Positions 50,956-62,889 of a DNA stretch of 64,000 bases are shown piece by piece. The stretch spans positions 8,603,627 through 8,667,626 of the forward strand of contig MU058423.1 of NCBI GenBank assembly GCA_013265495.1. Direction: 5' to 3'. The notes under the pieces were generated by a model, which saw only the letters and a list, made by a program, of their open reading frames with translations, did no database searches and was not told where the DNA came from. Position 1 is the first letter of the stretch. Each line of letters begins with the position of its first letter. A program made the position numbers and the translations under genes. This DNA comes from Vicugna vicugna (taxonomy: Eukaryota).

Positions 50956-51995
50956 AGTAATATAAAAAGAAAGCAAATGAAGATATTTTAGATAATCAAA
51001 AACAGATTAAAAGTGTTGTCAGCATCTCTGTGTTACAAGAAATGTCAAAGGAAGCTTTTCATCCTGAAAGGAAATGATATAAAATAGAAATCTTGATTGA
51101 AAGGAAGGAAGGGAAAGAACAGGAAGTTGGAAATATGTGGGTAAATTCTCTTAATTTCTTTAAAAGTGAATTGACTAAAGTAAGATAATAATGTATTTTG
51201 AGTTGAAAACATATTTTGGGTTTAAAACAAAATGTGTAACAGTAATAGCAGAAACATCAGGAAGGAGTATAAGTGAAAATATACTGTTGTAAAGTTCTTT
51301 CATTATGTATCTAATAGTAGAATGTTAATTCTAGATAGATGGTAAAGAGTTAAGAATGCATATTATAATCCCTAGAGAAAGCACTAAATATGATCCAAAG
51401 AGGTAGTTAAAACATAAATATAAGAGATAGAATGAAATTTTAGATAATACTCAACTGAAGAGAAGATAGGAGAAAAAAACCCCACAAAACAAAGCAGACA
51501 AATAGAAAACAGAGTAAGATGCTAGATTTAAACCCAGTCATATCAATAATTACTTCAACTGTAAATGAACTAATATAGTTAAAAAGCAGAGATTGAAGAT
51601 TAGATGTAAGAGCAAGACCCAGTTATACACAGTTTAGAAGGGATGCACTTTAAATATAAAGACACAGGCAGTTTGAAAATAAAAGGGTAGAAAAATAAGC
51701 AATAAAACACTAAGTATGAAACAGTCACACCAGTCTGCTACTAATATCAAAGGAGTCTTGAAGATAAGGAAGATCATAGGGATGAAGTTATTTTATGACA
51801 AAATGTTCAATTCATGAAGAAGATCTAATGATCCTAAATATTTATGTTCCTAATAACAGAGCTTCAAAATACATGAAGCAAAAATTGACAGAACTAAATG
51901 GAGAAGCAGGCAAATAGGTTTGTTTCTACATGTTGCTGAATTTGATCTGCTAAACATTTTTGTGTCTATGGACGACACAAGGATTGGAAGACTAT

Positions 51996-52274
51996 ATTGG
52001 TAAGATGTCAGCCCCTCTACCCTCAATGATGTATAGATCCAAAGCAATCCTATTTAGATTCTAAGCAGACTTTTTTTTTTGTAATAATTTTTATGCTAAA
52101 CCAAAAATTTTTGTTAGCATTCAAAGGACCTAGAATTGGTAAGATGTCAGCCCCTCTACCCTCAATGATGTATAGATCCAAAGCAATCCTATTTAGATTC
52201 TAAGCAGACTTTTTTTTTGTAATAACTGTTATGCTAAACCCAAAATTTATGTTAGAATTCAAAGGACCTAGAAT
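51996..52274. repeat. Tandem duplication, period 139 bp, inside L1 ORF2
   Basis: Copies start at 51996 and 52135; they differ by five substitutions and one T-tract length. Confidence 0.95.
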
Positions 52275-53329
52275 ATAATCTTTAAAACAGGTGAATAAAA
52301 TTTCAGCTTTTACACTGACTCCAAAATTTATTAAATTATTAAAAAGCTACAATAATCAAAGTAGTAAGGTATTGACGAAAGTTGAGAGAAATAGATCATT
52401 GGAACTGTACAAAGAGACCAAAACTAAACATACATTTCTAAAAGTTAAGTGATTTTTGACAAAGCACCAAGATAATTCAATGGAAAAAGGAAAGTCTTTC
52501 AACAAATGCTGCTGTAACAACAAGATATTTGTGTGGGAAAAAAATTAATCTCAACTGACACATCATGTGATACATAAATATTAATTTGAAATAGATGATG
52601 GGACTGAACTAAAAAAACTGCAACTATAAAGCTTTTAGGAAAAAATAGAAAAACATCATGATTTTCTGATGTACAGAGATTTCTTAGAACTCTAAAAGCA
52701 CTAACTATAATGTAAATGTTATAATTTGTAAGTATTAAGAACATCTGCTCTTAATGAAAAGCTGATAATAAAACAAAAATATAAGCCACAGATTGGGTGA
52801 AAATATTTGCAATATGTATACCTGACAAAGGATTTGCTTCTACATCATACAAAGAACTCCCGCACAATCATCATGATGCAAACAACCTGGTTTTTAAAAT
52901 GGGCAGAAGACTTGAAACAGTTCATTAAAAAGACTATATATGAATGGACTAGACATTTACAAGCCTCTAGACATCACTAGTTTTCAGGGAAATGCAAATC
53001 AAAACCACCATGAAATACCACCCTCTGTCCACCAGAACGGTTAGTTAAAATTAGAAAGACCTGCAATATCAAATGTTGACAATGATATGGAGCAAGAGGA
53101 GCGCTCCTACTTTGGTGGTGGCTGTGTGAAATGGTATGACCACTTTGGAAACAGTTTGACAGGTTCTTATAAAGTTAAACTTATACCCATCCTATGACCG
53201 ACCAATTTCTCTCTTAGTTTTTCAACCCAAGAGAAATGAAAGCACACTTGGTGGTGTTAGCTCTGAGCAATTGAAATGATGTTTCCAGAAACAAAGTTTC
53301 TAAAAGGTTAAAGCATACTTGCTATCTCC

Positions 53330-54130
53330 ATTTCCTTTACTCTCGTTTATCCTTCCAATCACTGTTGTCATGTATCATTCTCATAACTCCCCTGAAATGA
53401 CTTTGGCAAAGCTCTCTAATGACCTCCCAGTCACCAAGTGCAACAGTTACTCTTTAGTCATTGCTCTACTCAATTTCACTGCAGCCTATGGCATCACTGA
53501 GCACTTTCTCTTCTTGACATTTTCCTCCTATGGTTTCTTGATTACATTCTTACCTCTCCAGTTTCCTGACTACTTAAACTTTTATTCTCCTTTGTTGTAT
53601 TCATTTATTCTACCACCCTTTATTATTATATATTGGTATTCTTAGGGCTTAGCTTTCCCCCCTTCTTACCTGATATAAATTATCTTGATGCACTCATGTA
53701 TTTCTCTAACATCAACCACCATCTTTGTGCCAGTGACTCCCAGTTCTCTATCTTCAACTCTGGTTTCTTTTCCTAACTCTGATCTATATATTCATTTACA
53801 TAATGGATATGTTTATTTCTATAATCCCTGACCCCATCATTAAATTCTATTTAATTCCTATTTTAGTGATTATTATCCCTATCTTCCCAAATCTGGAACC
53901 CTTGGAATTTTTCACTTTAACTTCCCTCATTTTTCACATTGAATTAGTCACCAAGTTCTACCCAATCCACTTTCTAAAATTGCTAATATCCATCACTTTG
54001 TCTCTATCTGAACTACTCCTGCCTTAGCCCAAGCCCTCGCCATTTTTAAATTGTGTTACTAAATAACTTCTTAACTGGGATATCTGCTCTCAGTCTTCCC
54101 TAAGATTCAGTCATATTGAATCACAGTTTC
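53330..54130 (+). mobile_element. L2 ORF2 fragment
   Basis: ctgaaatgactttggcaaagctctctaatgacctcc ... tgactcccagttctctatcttc ... tagtcaccaagttct. Confidence 0.8.
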
Positions 54131-54149
54131 CTGAATTATGCCACTGGGA

Positions 54150-54615
54150 TAGACATAAACAGAGATGCTCACTCAACGATTCCCTCAGAGACCAGGTGCA
54201 TTTCCCACCACAGTTATGTATCAGATGAGAAGACCCTGCATCTCTGTTTTAGAACAGTAGTCAGAGAAGAATTGACCTGGATTAATTACATCAATTAGAT
54301 TCCACTCCTAGGAATTTTCAAACTGAAGGCAAAAGGAAGAGAGTGTCTTTTCTCTCAGGTCAGAAGATAATAAGCCACTGAACTCGGAGCTTCTGTCAAC
54401 CTGGCCTCATATCTTACGGAGAAGCTCATCTGAGAATAGAGATTTGATCCATACAGAGAAGCAGAGACGAAAGATGGAGGAAAAAAGTCCTGAGTTTGTA
54501 GTTTCAATGATCTGTCCCTACCCTTCTCGAGGTTTAGTTAGGTAGGCTCAGAGAATTACCCTTTTATCAGATTGAATTTGTTTTCTATCATGTGCTATTA
54601 GAGCCTTGCTTTTAC
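54150..54615 (+). mobile_element. MLT1K/L-like MaLR LTR
   Basis: agattccactcctaggaattt ... agagaagcagagacgaaagatggag ... tttgttttctatcatgtgct. Confidence 0.6.
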
Positions 54616-57600
54616 CCATCCTTTTCTCTTAACTTGGAACTCCTGCTAGCCTCTTTCATTTGGATAACAGCCATTTTTCAAGACCCAACCCAGATGGCAA
54701 CCATGTCTGGAACACTTTCCCTGGAATCTCTGATAGGCTTTGAGTGAGCTAAGGGAAGGGACTCTTTTATGCTTTTGTCTCACATATAATTTGTTGAATA
54801 AATACTAGACGGAATGAATGAATGAGTCTCATATCATTTTGTTATTTTTTATAAATCTTATGTCAGGAGTGAACACTGCATTTATTAAATCACTTATTAT
54901 TCACTTTATACTCATTTAAGTGTTCTCCAATGTCCTTCTGCCTTTAAGTCCATGGGTGTCTACTCAGATGCATATCATCTTGATAAATCTGTCTTCCCTA
55001 CTAAATTGTCTTTTATGATGTTTAAAAATATTCTTTTTTATTATATTCTAATTTAGACTCCCATCTGTTCAAAATTCAGTAATTATTACAAGATTTTATT
55101 TACCACTGTATATTAAAACATTCACATTATTTCTCATGATCTCAGCGTTGATATATAAACCTGTAGACCATATGCCTTGATTCTGAATAACTGGCCACTC
55201 TTTTTTCTTGCTTTTTATTTTTTTGTGGATGAACCCAGATCAGCTCAGCTTCAGATCAAATTTAAGATTTCACTTTCTTCTTGAATGCACTTGAATGAAG
55301 AAAAAGTCATGAAAAGAACTGAAGCTTTGCATCTCAAGTGCTTGAAACTTCATAATCATTAAAGGGACTTCCTTGGCTTGAAATCAGCTGGAGTGAATGG
55401 TGTTTCATGGGGTTGGTTATTCTCAACCCCATTGTTTCCTGGATTAGGGCAACTACATTACGGTATATCATTTTGTTGATTATGTTGACTCTATACACAA
55501 CCAGATCCATGATGTAATTAGACAGCGGGACCTTAGATTCTCTCTCCAGGCTGTCTTATATGCCCCTCTCCCAACCCACCAGCTGTTACTTCCTTTTTAT
55601 TTTTGCAAGAAGTCTCACCTAATGACTCTGCCTCCTCTCTTGTAACACCCACCTACTCTTCACAATGCTAAGTGAGTAACGCTCCTAAAGCACATCTCAA
55701 TTCAAATAACTCTGTGATTTCTTTTGCTTGCAGAACAACTTCCATACACTTAGGGTTGATGTTCAAGGCCCGCCATGATCTGGTCCTGATTAAGCATGTC
55801 CTGGTCATTTTAAATACTTGATTACAATTCAACTGATCAGGGCAAAGTTGCCAATAAAAATACCTCATGTGTGTTGAGTGTTTACTCTGTGCCAAGTACA
55901 AATCATCCTTGGCCAAGTGGTCACAAGATCTGACCTAAAGTAATCCTTGTCCTCACCTGACTCTTCTGTCATCTCGCCTTAACCACCAGCTCCATTACTT
56001 TACTTCCTTCTTCCACTCCAGTCCCTCTGATTGTGGCATCCTGGTGTTTTGGCTTCTCTAGTTACCTTTGCCATCGTTTTCTTTGAATTCTGTCTTCTCA
56101 TCACCATGACGTTTGTCCAGCTTTCCTGTTTGTTAACTAATCCTTTGCCTTGTCCCCTGGATGCCCTCCTTAGAATTACCACTACAGGAAGCCTTATTGG
56201 CACTGGCCCCAGCAATTCGGGCTCTAGTCTATTCTTCGGCTTTGATATCAGAGGGGTGGACCCTGGGCATTCCAAACCTAGCCTTCCTGGTTTATTATAA
56301 AAGCATGATGTAGATTTCCTAGAATCTCAGGTTTAAAAGGAATGCTAAAGTTTATGAGTACAATCTCTATCTGAGTTACAATCCATATGGTTCTTTCTAT
56401 TATTTCCCCATTCCTTTTAATAGTACTTCAAATATTTTGATAACAGATTTCTTACTCCTAATCTCCTCTTTCCAATCTAAACACCTCAGTCACTTTAGTC
56501 AGTCTCCAACATGATTGATTTCCTCAAAATTAGATTTCCTCAAAATTAGCTTCATTTTGTTACTCCCCCTTTCACAATGAATGTTGGATGGAATTTTTTC
56601 TTTAATGTCATAGTTATATTCTGACCAGTTTGGACTAGATTAGGGCTTTAAATTATTTACCATTAACTTTTACCTAGCTTTTCCCATGATGCAAATTGGG
56701 ATATTTTTAAATCCTGGTTCTAGAATCAGTGTATTAGTTACTTCCTGTTCAGCTTCAGTCTCATCTCAGATCTGAATCTTGAAGCTGGGGTCAGAGGGCT
56801 GTGCTTCCTCCCACCAGGGTGGCAGGTTTCTCCACAGCGATGTGCATACACCATACTGTCGTGGGTACGTCCAGATATGAGTGTTTGTGGGTTTTGCACA
56901 ATTCGCTTCTGCTAATTGTATCTTCCATTCACTCCCATTCACCTAAACCATCTGAATGCCAGTGAGGAGGCATTATTAGATGGAAAACCTTGAATCCATG
57001 TTGACTTACTTTCAGCATTAGTAACAAATTCCTTTTCACACATCACTGATCAAAACACATCAGTGTGTCTATCACAGATGAGATTCCTCCACGTTCCTCT
57101 AGGTTACTGATCCATTCACCCAGTACACATTGTGTAATCATTTAATCAGTTATTCTGGTTCACATCCTCCCCAAACCATTAAAAAAAAACTCTGTCAAAC
57201 CCTTGCCAAAAGTCTGATTGTCATGTTTATTGTATTCCTCTTTTTTAGAGTCTTCTTAAAAAATGAAAACTAATGTAGTTTGGCATAACTTTCTTTTCCC
57301 TTTTATTTTTTCTTTTCCCCTTTTAATTCTGATTATTGCTACTTAATTTTTATTTTAAAAGCTTTAGGATCTTAACAAGATTCATGTCAAGCTCCCTTTT
57401 CTATGTTGCTTGGCAATCTGCCTCCATTCACCAGGGTTAGACAAGAATTGGTGGATTTTTTTTTTTCTTAGAAATTGGGATGATTCTCTTCTCTAATGGA
57501 ATCACTCTCCATCTCCAGAACACACCCTCCCTCTTCTGTCTTCCATCTGCCTCCCACTCTCTCTGCCTTTGCTTAAGGTCCTTAGTCTGAAATGTCCTGT

Positions 57601-57754
57601 TGGGTGCTGCTACATAGCTGTATGCCTTTACTCCTCAGCTTCGGTCAGAGTTTTCTGAAGGTGGGAGCCCTTTATCACACTTCAGAGTGTCTAGTGTAGG
57701 ATGGAGCACCTTGCAGTTCAGTAAAGATGTACTTTCTGAATGGATGAGTTAAAC

Positions 57755-58640
57755 TTTTTTTTTTAGCTTTTTCCACGATGCAACAAATATTATAACGTAT
57801 ATGCCTTCTTATGTACTGATTTTTTTATTTCTATAGTCAAGAGTCCCAGGAGTGAAGTTATTTGTATTAAAAAAAAAACAGATGTTGCTAGATTCCTTTT
57901 TCAAAGGCTTTAATGTGCATTTCTCCCATGTATGGGAGAAATCTCCTTTAGCAGTAAGTATCTTGTGTCTCACTTCAATCTTTGCTGAGCTTAAATTGGT
58001 ACTTCGTTATTACACATTTGCTATATCCTTACTATTAAGTTTGCACTTATTTTCTTTTTTTTTTAAAGCTTCTTGATTTTGACTTCTGTGAATTTGTCCT
58101 TTGTGTGACTTTTCACATGCTTTGCCCATTTTCCTTCTTGGTTGCTTCCCTCTTCTTATCAGTTTATAAGCTTTTGGGATATTATTGATATTTATTCTCT
58201 GCTCAAACTTAGCATTGCAAAAACTCTCTCCAAATAAATGTTTTGACTTTGTTTATTGTATACTTTTCAATATTTTATTTTATGTCTTTCAGTAAGATTG
58301 TATAGCTTTCTTTATAAACTGTACTGGTAAGTCGATCCCTAATTATTTTATGGTATTTGTCAATATTGAGAATTTTTTTTCTCATTTCTATTTCTAGGCC
58401 TTTATTACTAAGATAAAGAAACATTATTCACATTTGAATATTTATCCAACGATTTTACTATTACTGCTTGTTATTATTGTGATTGTTAGTCAGATTCGTT
58501 GGGTGTTCTAGGGTTTCACCCATCCATCAACAAAAACAGATAACCTGTTCTCATCTTTCTGAAACCAGTTATTTCATGTTCTTGTAATTTTATATTATCT
58601 AGAACTTCTAAGCTAATGTTCACTGATAGAGGTGGCATGA
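57755..58640 (-). mobile_element. Old L1ME ORF2/3' fragment
   Basis: ttctgtgaatttgtcc ... ctttgcccattttcc; reverse complement of ~58590-58640 resembles the RT motif CPLSPLLFNIVLEVL. Confidence 0.75.
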
Positions 58641-58644
58641 ACAA

Positions 58645-58950
58645 AAATTTGTAATTACTTGAAAATTGAAACTGATGCTTCTAGACAATTTTTGGATCAA
58701 ACAGAAATCAAAAGTAGAAAGATAACCAACCTGTCTAAAGAGGAGTGAAAAAGAGACATTCTGCAAAACCTGTAAAACATAACAAACACTATAGTCAGAG
58801 GAAAATGTATATATGTTCTTAAATGACTTCAGTATTAAAGAAGGAAAGCATACATAAAACCAAAGGGGAAAAAAGAACTTAGTATCCATTTTCAGAATTT
58901 AGGAAAGAAAAAGAATATAAAATGGAATTAAGAAAGAAAAATTTAAAATA
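58645..58950 (+). mobile_element. L1 ORF2 fragment, post-endonuclease region
   Basis: ttacttgaaaattgaaactgatgcttctagacaatttttggatcaaacagaaatcaaa resembles decayed TWKLNNxLLNxxWVKEEIK. Confidence 0.65.
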
Positions 58951-58959
58951 ATGACACTG

Positions 58960-59164
58960 TCCCTTCTCTCTCCCTCTTATAAGACCTTTTCTGATTACTT
59001 TAGACCCACTTCAGTAATCCAGGATAATCTCCCCAGCTCAAGATCCTTCATCAACTGCCTTTTTAATGCCCTTTTAGCATATAAGGTAACATATTCATGG
59101 GTTCCAGGGATTAGGACAAGGACATTTTTTTGGGTGGAGATGGTTCATTATTTGGCCAACCACA
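58960..59164 (-). mobile_element. MLT1B/C-like MaLR LTR 5' part
   Basis: taatccaggataatctcccca ... ataaggtaacatattcatgggttccagggattaggac ... ends ACCACA. Confidence 0.85.
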
Positions 59165-59824
59165 CAAAAATTTAGTTTAAGTTTCTCTTTTCCAGAATGA
59201 TCAGTTTCAGCTAAACACACATCACCACGATCTTCTTTACTGCTTGTCTCTTGTTACCTCTTTGTTTGGTGCGATAACACCAGTTGGTGTCAGGCTGGGT
59301 CTACTTGGGCAGCTTTGCTCCTTTCTCCCTTACTCTCATCTACAAAATATCATAAAGCATTCATTTCACCTTTTAAAATTATTCCTTTGTTTTCTTTTCC
59401 ATTTTCCTTCTTGCTGACTTTTAACCTCTTTTTTTCAAAGTTTCCAAATTCAAGAAGTGCAAACATACATAAAGATCAAACATGTGCTGTACTTTGGGCC
59501 CAAAGCAATCTCCTCAAGAATTTGCCCAGGATGGCAGATGGCCATTTAAACATAGTAAACCATATGTTTCTTCTAAATTCAACAGAAAGAAGATAGTTGT
59601 CCAGTGAAACAACCTTGGATATTCAGCATAAGCAATCTGGGATTCCTATGCCCTTCAGAAAACACACAGAGAAATCTTATCTGAACAATCTTATCAGCCC
59701 TTCTTCCTTCCCATAACAAACTGAGGCCCTAAGATAAATTTGTTTTTTAAGACTACTTGCCATCTGTCCTTCAAAGATGCCTAAGCCTATGGAAGTCTGT
59801 GTCATGTTTATGAATTAAAGGTAA

Positions 59825-60040
59825 CGCAGTATAAAGAATAACAGTACAGATGCTGGAATCAGACGAACTCATGGTCAACCACACTCTATCTATCACTGCC
59901 CTTAGGAAAATTATTTAAGTATTCTAGTTTAGTTTTCCCATTGGTCAGATAACATTGCTTAGCTGGATTGATGTGAGTACTAAATAAAATAATTCATGCA
60001 AAGCACTTAGTCCAGGATAAATTCTCAATAAACATTACCA
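59825..60040 (+). mobile_element. MIR SINE
   Basis: gctggaatcagac ... ccttaggaaaattatttaa ... gtgagtactaaataaaataattcatgcaaagcacttag ... ctcaataaacatta. Confidence 0.8.
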
Positions 60041-62889
60041 AAAGTTCTTTCTTAAGGTCCCATTAAAAATATGTCAGACTCATCACACAGAGACACTAAC
60101 CCTGGAAGCGATGGGACCACTGCTGAAAGAAGACCTTCATGGTCTTTATTCCCCTATGCATGTCATCAATGTTGGCCTCACTTATTGGCTAGAAAGAAGC
60201 AAGCTGGTTTATGCCATCATTATCCTAAGATCCTGAGGATGCATTTCTTCAACAGGAAACATGAAAAAGAACTACTTTCTCCTCTAGAATTCCTCTGTTA
60301 CTATTAGTCATGTTTCGCTTTCCCTTCCTGACATAGCTATAGGAACTCTTCTTAAAACCTCTTCAAGTTTTTTGCTTTGTTTGGAGAGTTTGAAAAATTA
60401 GGATGACTATTACTCAAATAAATCCCAGAGGAGCCCATGTCCCCTTTGCATGGCAGAAAAAAAGAGCCAAAAAGCAGACTTTGGTTAGCAAGGGTGAAAA
60501 TGGACAAGACGTACAGTCGAATAATTTTCTTCTGCAAAGACACAGATGTACAACTGCAGGGCTACTGGGTTAAAATTTTCTGAGGAAACCGAATGAATAA
60601 ATTCAGTTGCTCCAATACAGTAATTTAAAATAGTAATGTGGCAGTTTTTCTCCTTTCCCAGGGTTTCTGTAAATCTCTGTCTGCTTAAGAATTATCAGAT
60701 TCCCACAGGAGTAAATTATGCAAGACTGGAGAAGAGTGAACAAATGATTCTTGAGGCACAAAGTCAAAATTTGCACGAGGCACCTGTAGGCAGCATAGCT
60801 GGTGTAATCATCACTGTGCCCTGAGGTTTAAACCTCAGTACTTCATTCAATGCGGCCAAGCAGTGATGGCCAGGTCCTTCCGGACTCGAAGCCCTGTGAG
60901 AGTGCGGAGCGATGGTGTGCAGACTCTTCATGTCACCCCTTCTCCAAGGCTTTATTTAGAAATTCCAGAGGCAATCTGGTGGTGAAAGGTTGTTCAAGTA
61001 CTTTCCTATCCATTTTGCTCTCTTCAGAGCAAACACTCAAATACTCCGAAAGCCAAAGCAGCTATCTCACTCCACGTCTGGATTGCAAAGCCCTAAATAT
61101 TTATAGGTCTTGAGAATTCCAAGGCTCAAGTTCAGGTAGGATACTATTCCTATTTGGTTGCTGTTTGAAGACTTACTTGCTATGGTTAACACACTAGAAA
61201 ATAACTTTTTTTTTACTATAACTGTAATACATCCTATTTTGGAAAATGGATATGGTACAGATAAAATTTAAATACCCATAATGCCACTGTCAGTGTTAGC
61301 ACTTTGACTTCTTTTCCTCTCTCTATATGTGGGTGCATATAGACACACAACATTTTAGGTGTTTATGATGCTTTCAAATTTTAGGTACAATTCTAATACT
61401 ATTTTTATTAATCTATAATTTTATTGTTTCATTACTGGAAATACAGGCATTTCCTCATGCCAATAAATAAATGTAACACTAATACACAAGTTAAACCAAG
61501 TGAATTGCTGTTATTGGACAGGTTTTGACTGGCAATTTTATATAGTTCAACAGAACGTGAAAATGCCCCGAGATTACTTTATCGCTCTTAGCTCTTATTC
61601 TAAGCAAGCTGTCTTGTCTCAGAACCCACGCAGCAAAGAGTGGTTGGAAGTTATCACCATAACAATAAATGACAATAACAGTAAAAAAAAAATATATATA
61701 TATATATTAACTATTGAACACAATTGAGCAGTCCAACAGAGAAGTGTGTGCTGTAAATACTAGTGTTCTATACACAACACTGGGGAGAATCACTCTCAAG
61801 TTCAGCTTTTCCAAACTTCAGTACTTTGTGTACCACCTTCATGATTTAGGGCACTTCTCCATCTCACTGTAAGATGACCTACGTTGTTTTCCTAAAAAAA
61901 ATTTATCTTAATGAAACATCATATCCCTTTTATATATGGATCTAATTAAATCCTGGCCCTCTTTGAAGATCATATGTTAAGATAGACGCATGTGTAAACC
62001 CACAGGGTCTGGATAGATCATCAGATACACAAGCAATACGGGGTGTATTATCAAACACAAAAGATCAGAATTCTTTCTTAGCAACAGTGTGAAGAGGGCA
62101 GGGCTTTCCTTCAGCTCCAATTTCTCTTTTTCAGTATACTCATCACTCTGCAAACCACGACCTGAGGCATCCATTTCTTCCCCGTGCCCCAAATATCACT
62201 GGTCTATACAATGACCCTTGAGCTAGAACACACTTCTGTGGACAGCATTTGTGCTCCAGAGATTTCTTGTCTTCTTTCCCAACCACACTTATCCTGTTCA
62301 CCATCTTTGTGGGTCTTGTTCTTCAACTGCAAGTAGTGAGTTAATATGAAGAATTCACCTAGACTATTTTATTCACACTTATGCTTCCAAGGTACCATGT
62401 AAGTGCCAACTATTTTATTTTGGGGTTTACTTCTTTATATTCTGACCTTCCCATAGAATACTTGAGGCAACTTACGGAAAAGTGTTTAATAAAATAATAA
62501 AATACAAGTGTAAGGAAAAAGCATAAGAGCCAGAAAAAAAACGCAAACTAGTAAAGATGTAACCAAGGGGAGAATATCACTCAAACAAACAAAATAGACC
62601 ATTGAATGCCACACAGATGCTACAGTTCAGATATAAATTGGACAGAGTCTCTTGGCTGATCAATGAAGAAAGAAAAACAAGCCTTTTGTATTAATTTCCT
62701 GAATCATGATTTAGAAGAAAACTAACTCCTTAAGGGAAGTTTCCTGCATTGTATTCTGAGATTAATCTCTGATATGGATCCTTATAATGTGGGGCAGAGA
62801 TATGTAAAATGTAAAAAACATTCCTACGACAAATAGAGAAATAATTTCAGGAGTGTTTCTAGAGGTACTCTTTGACTAAAAGTGAGTTC

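Larger units (their letters stand above)
47262..53245 (+). mobile_element. Old host L1 (5'-UTR, ORF1, ORF2 pieces) interrupted by two younger L1 insertions
   Basis: 5'-UTR-like 47262-47585; ORF1-like 49265-49720 and 50965-51140; ORF2 endonuclease-like ~51520-51915 (atatcaataattacttcaactgtaaatg; aagacccagttataca); distal ORF2 51975-53245. Confidence 0.75.
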
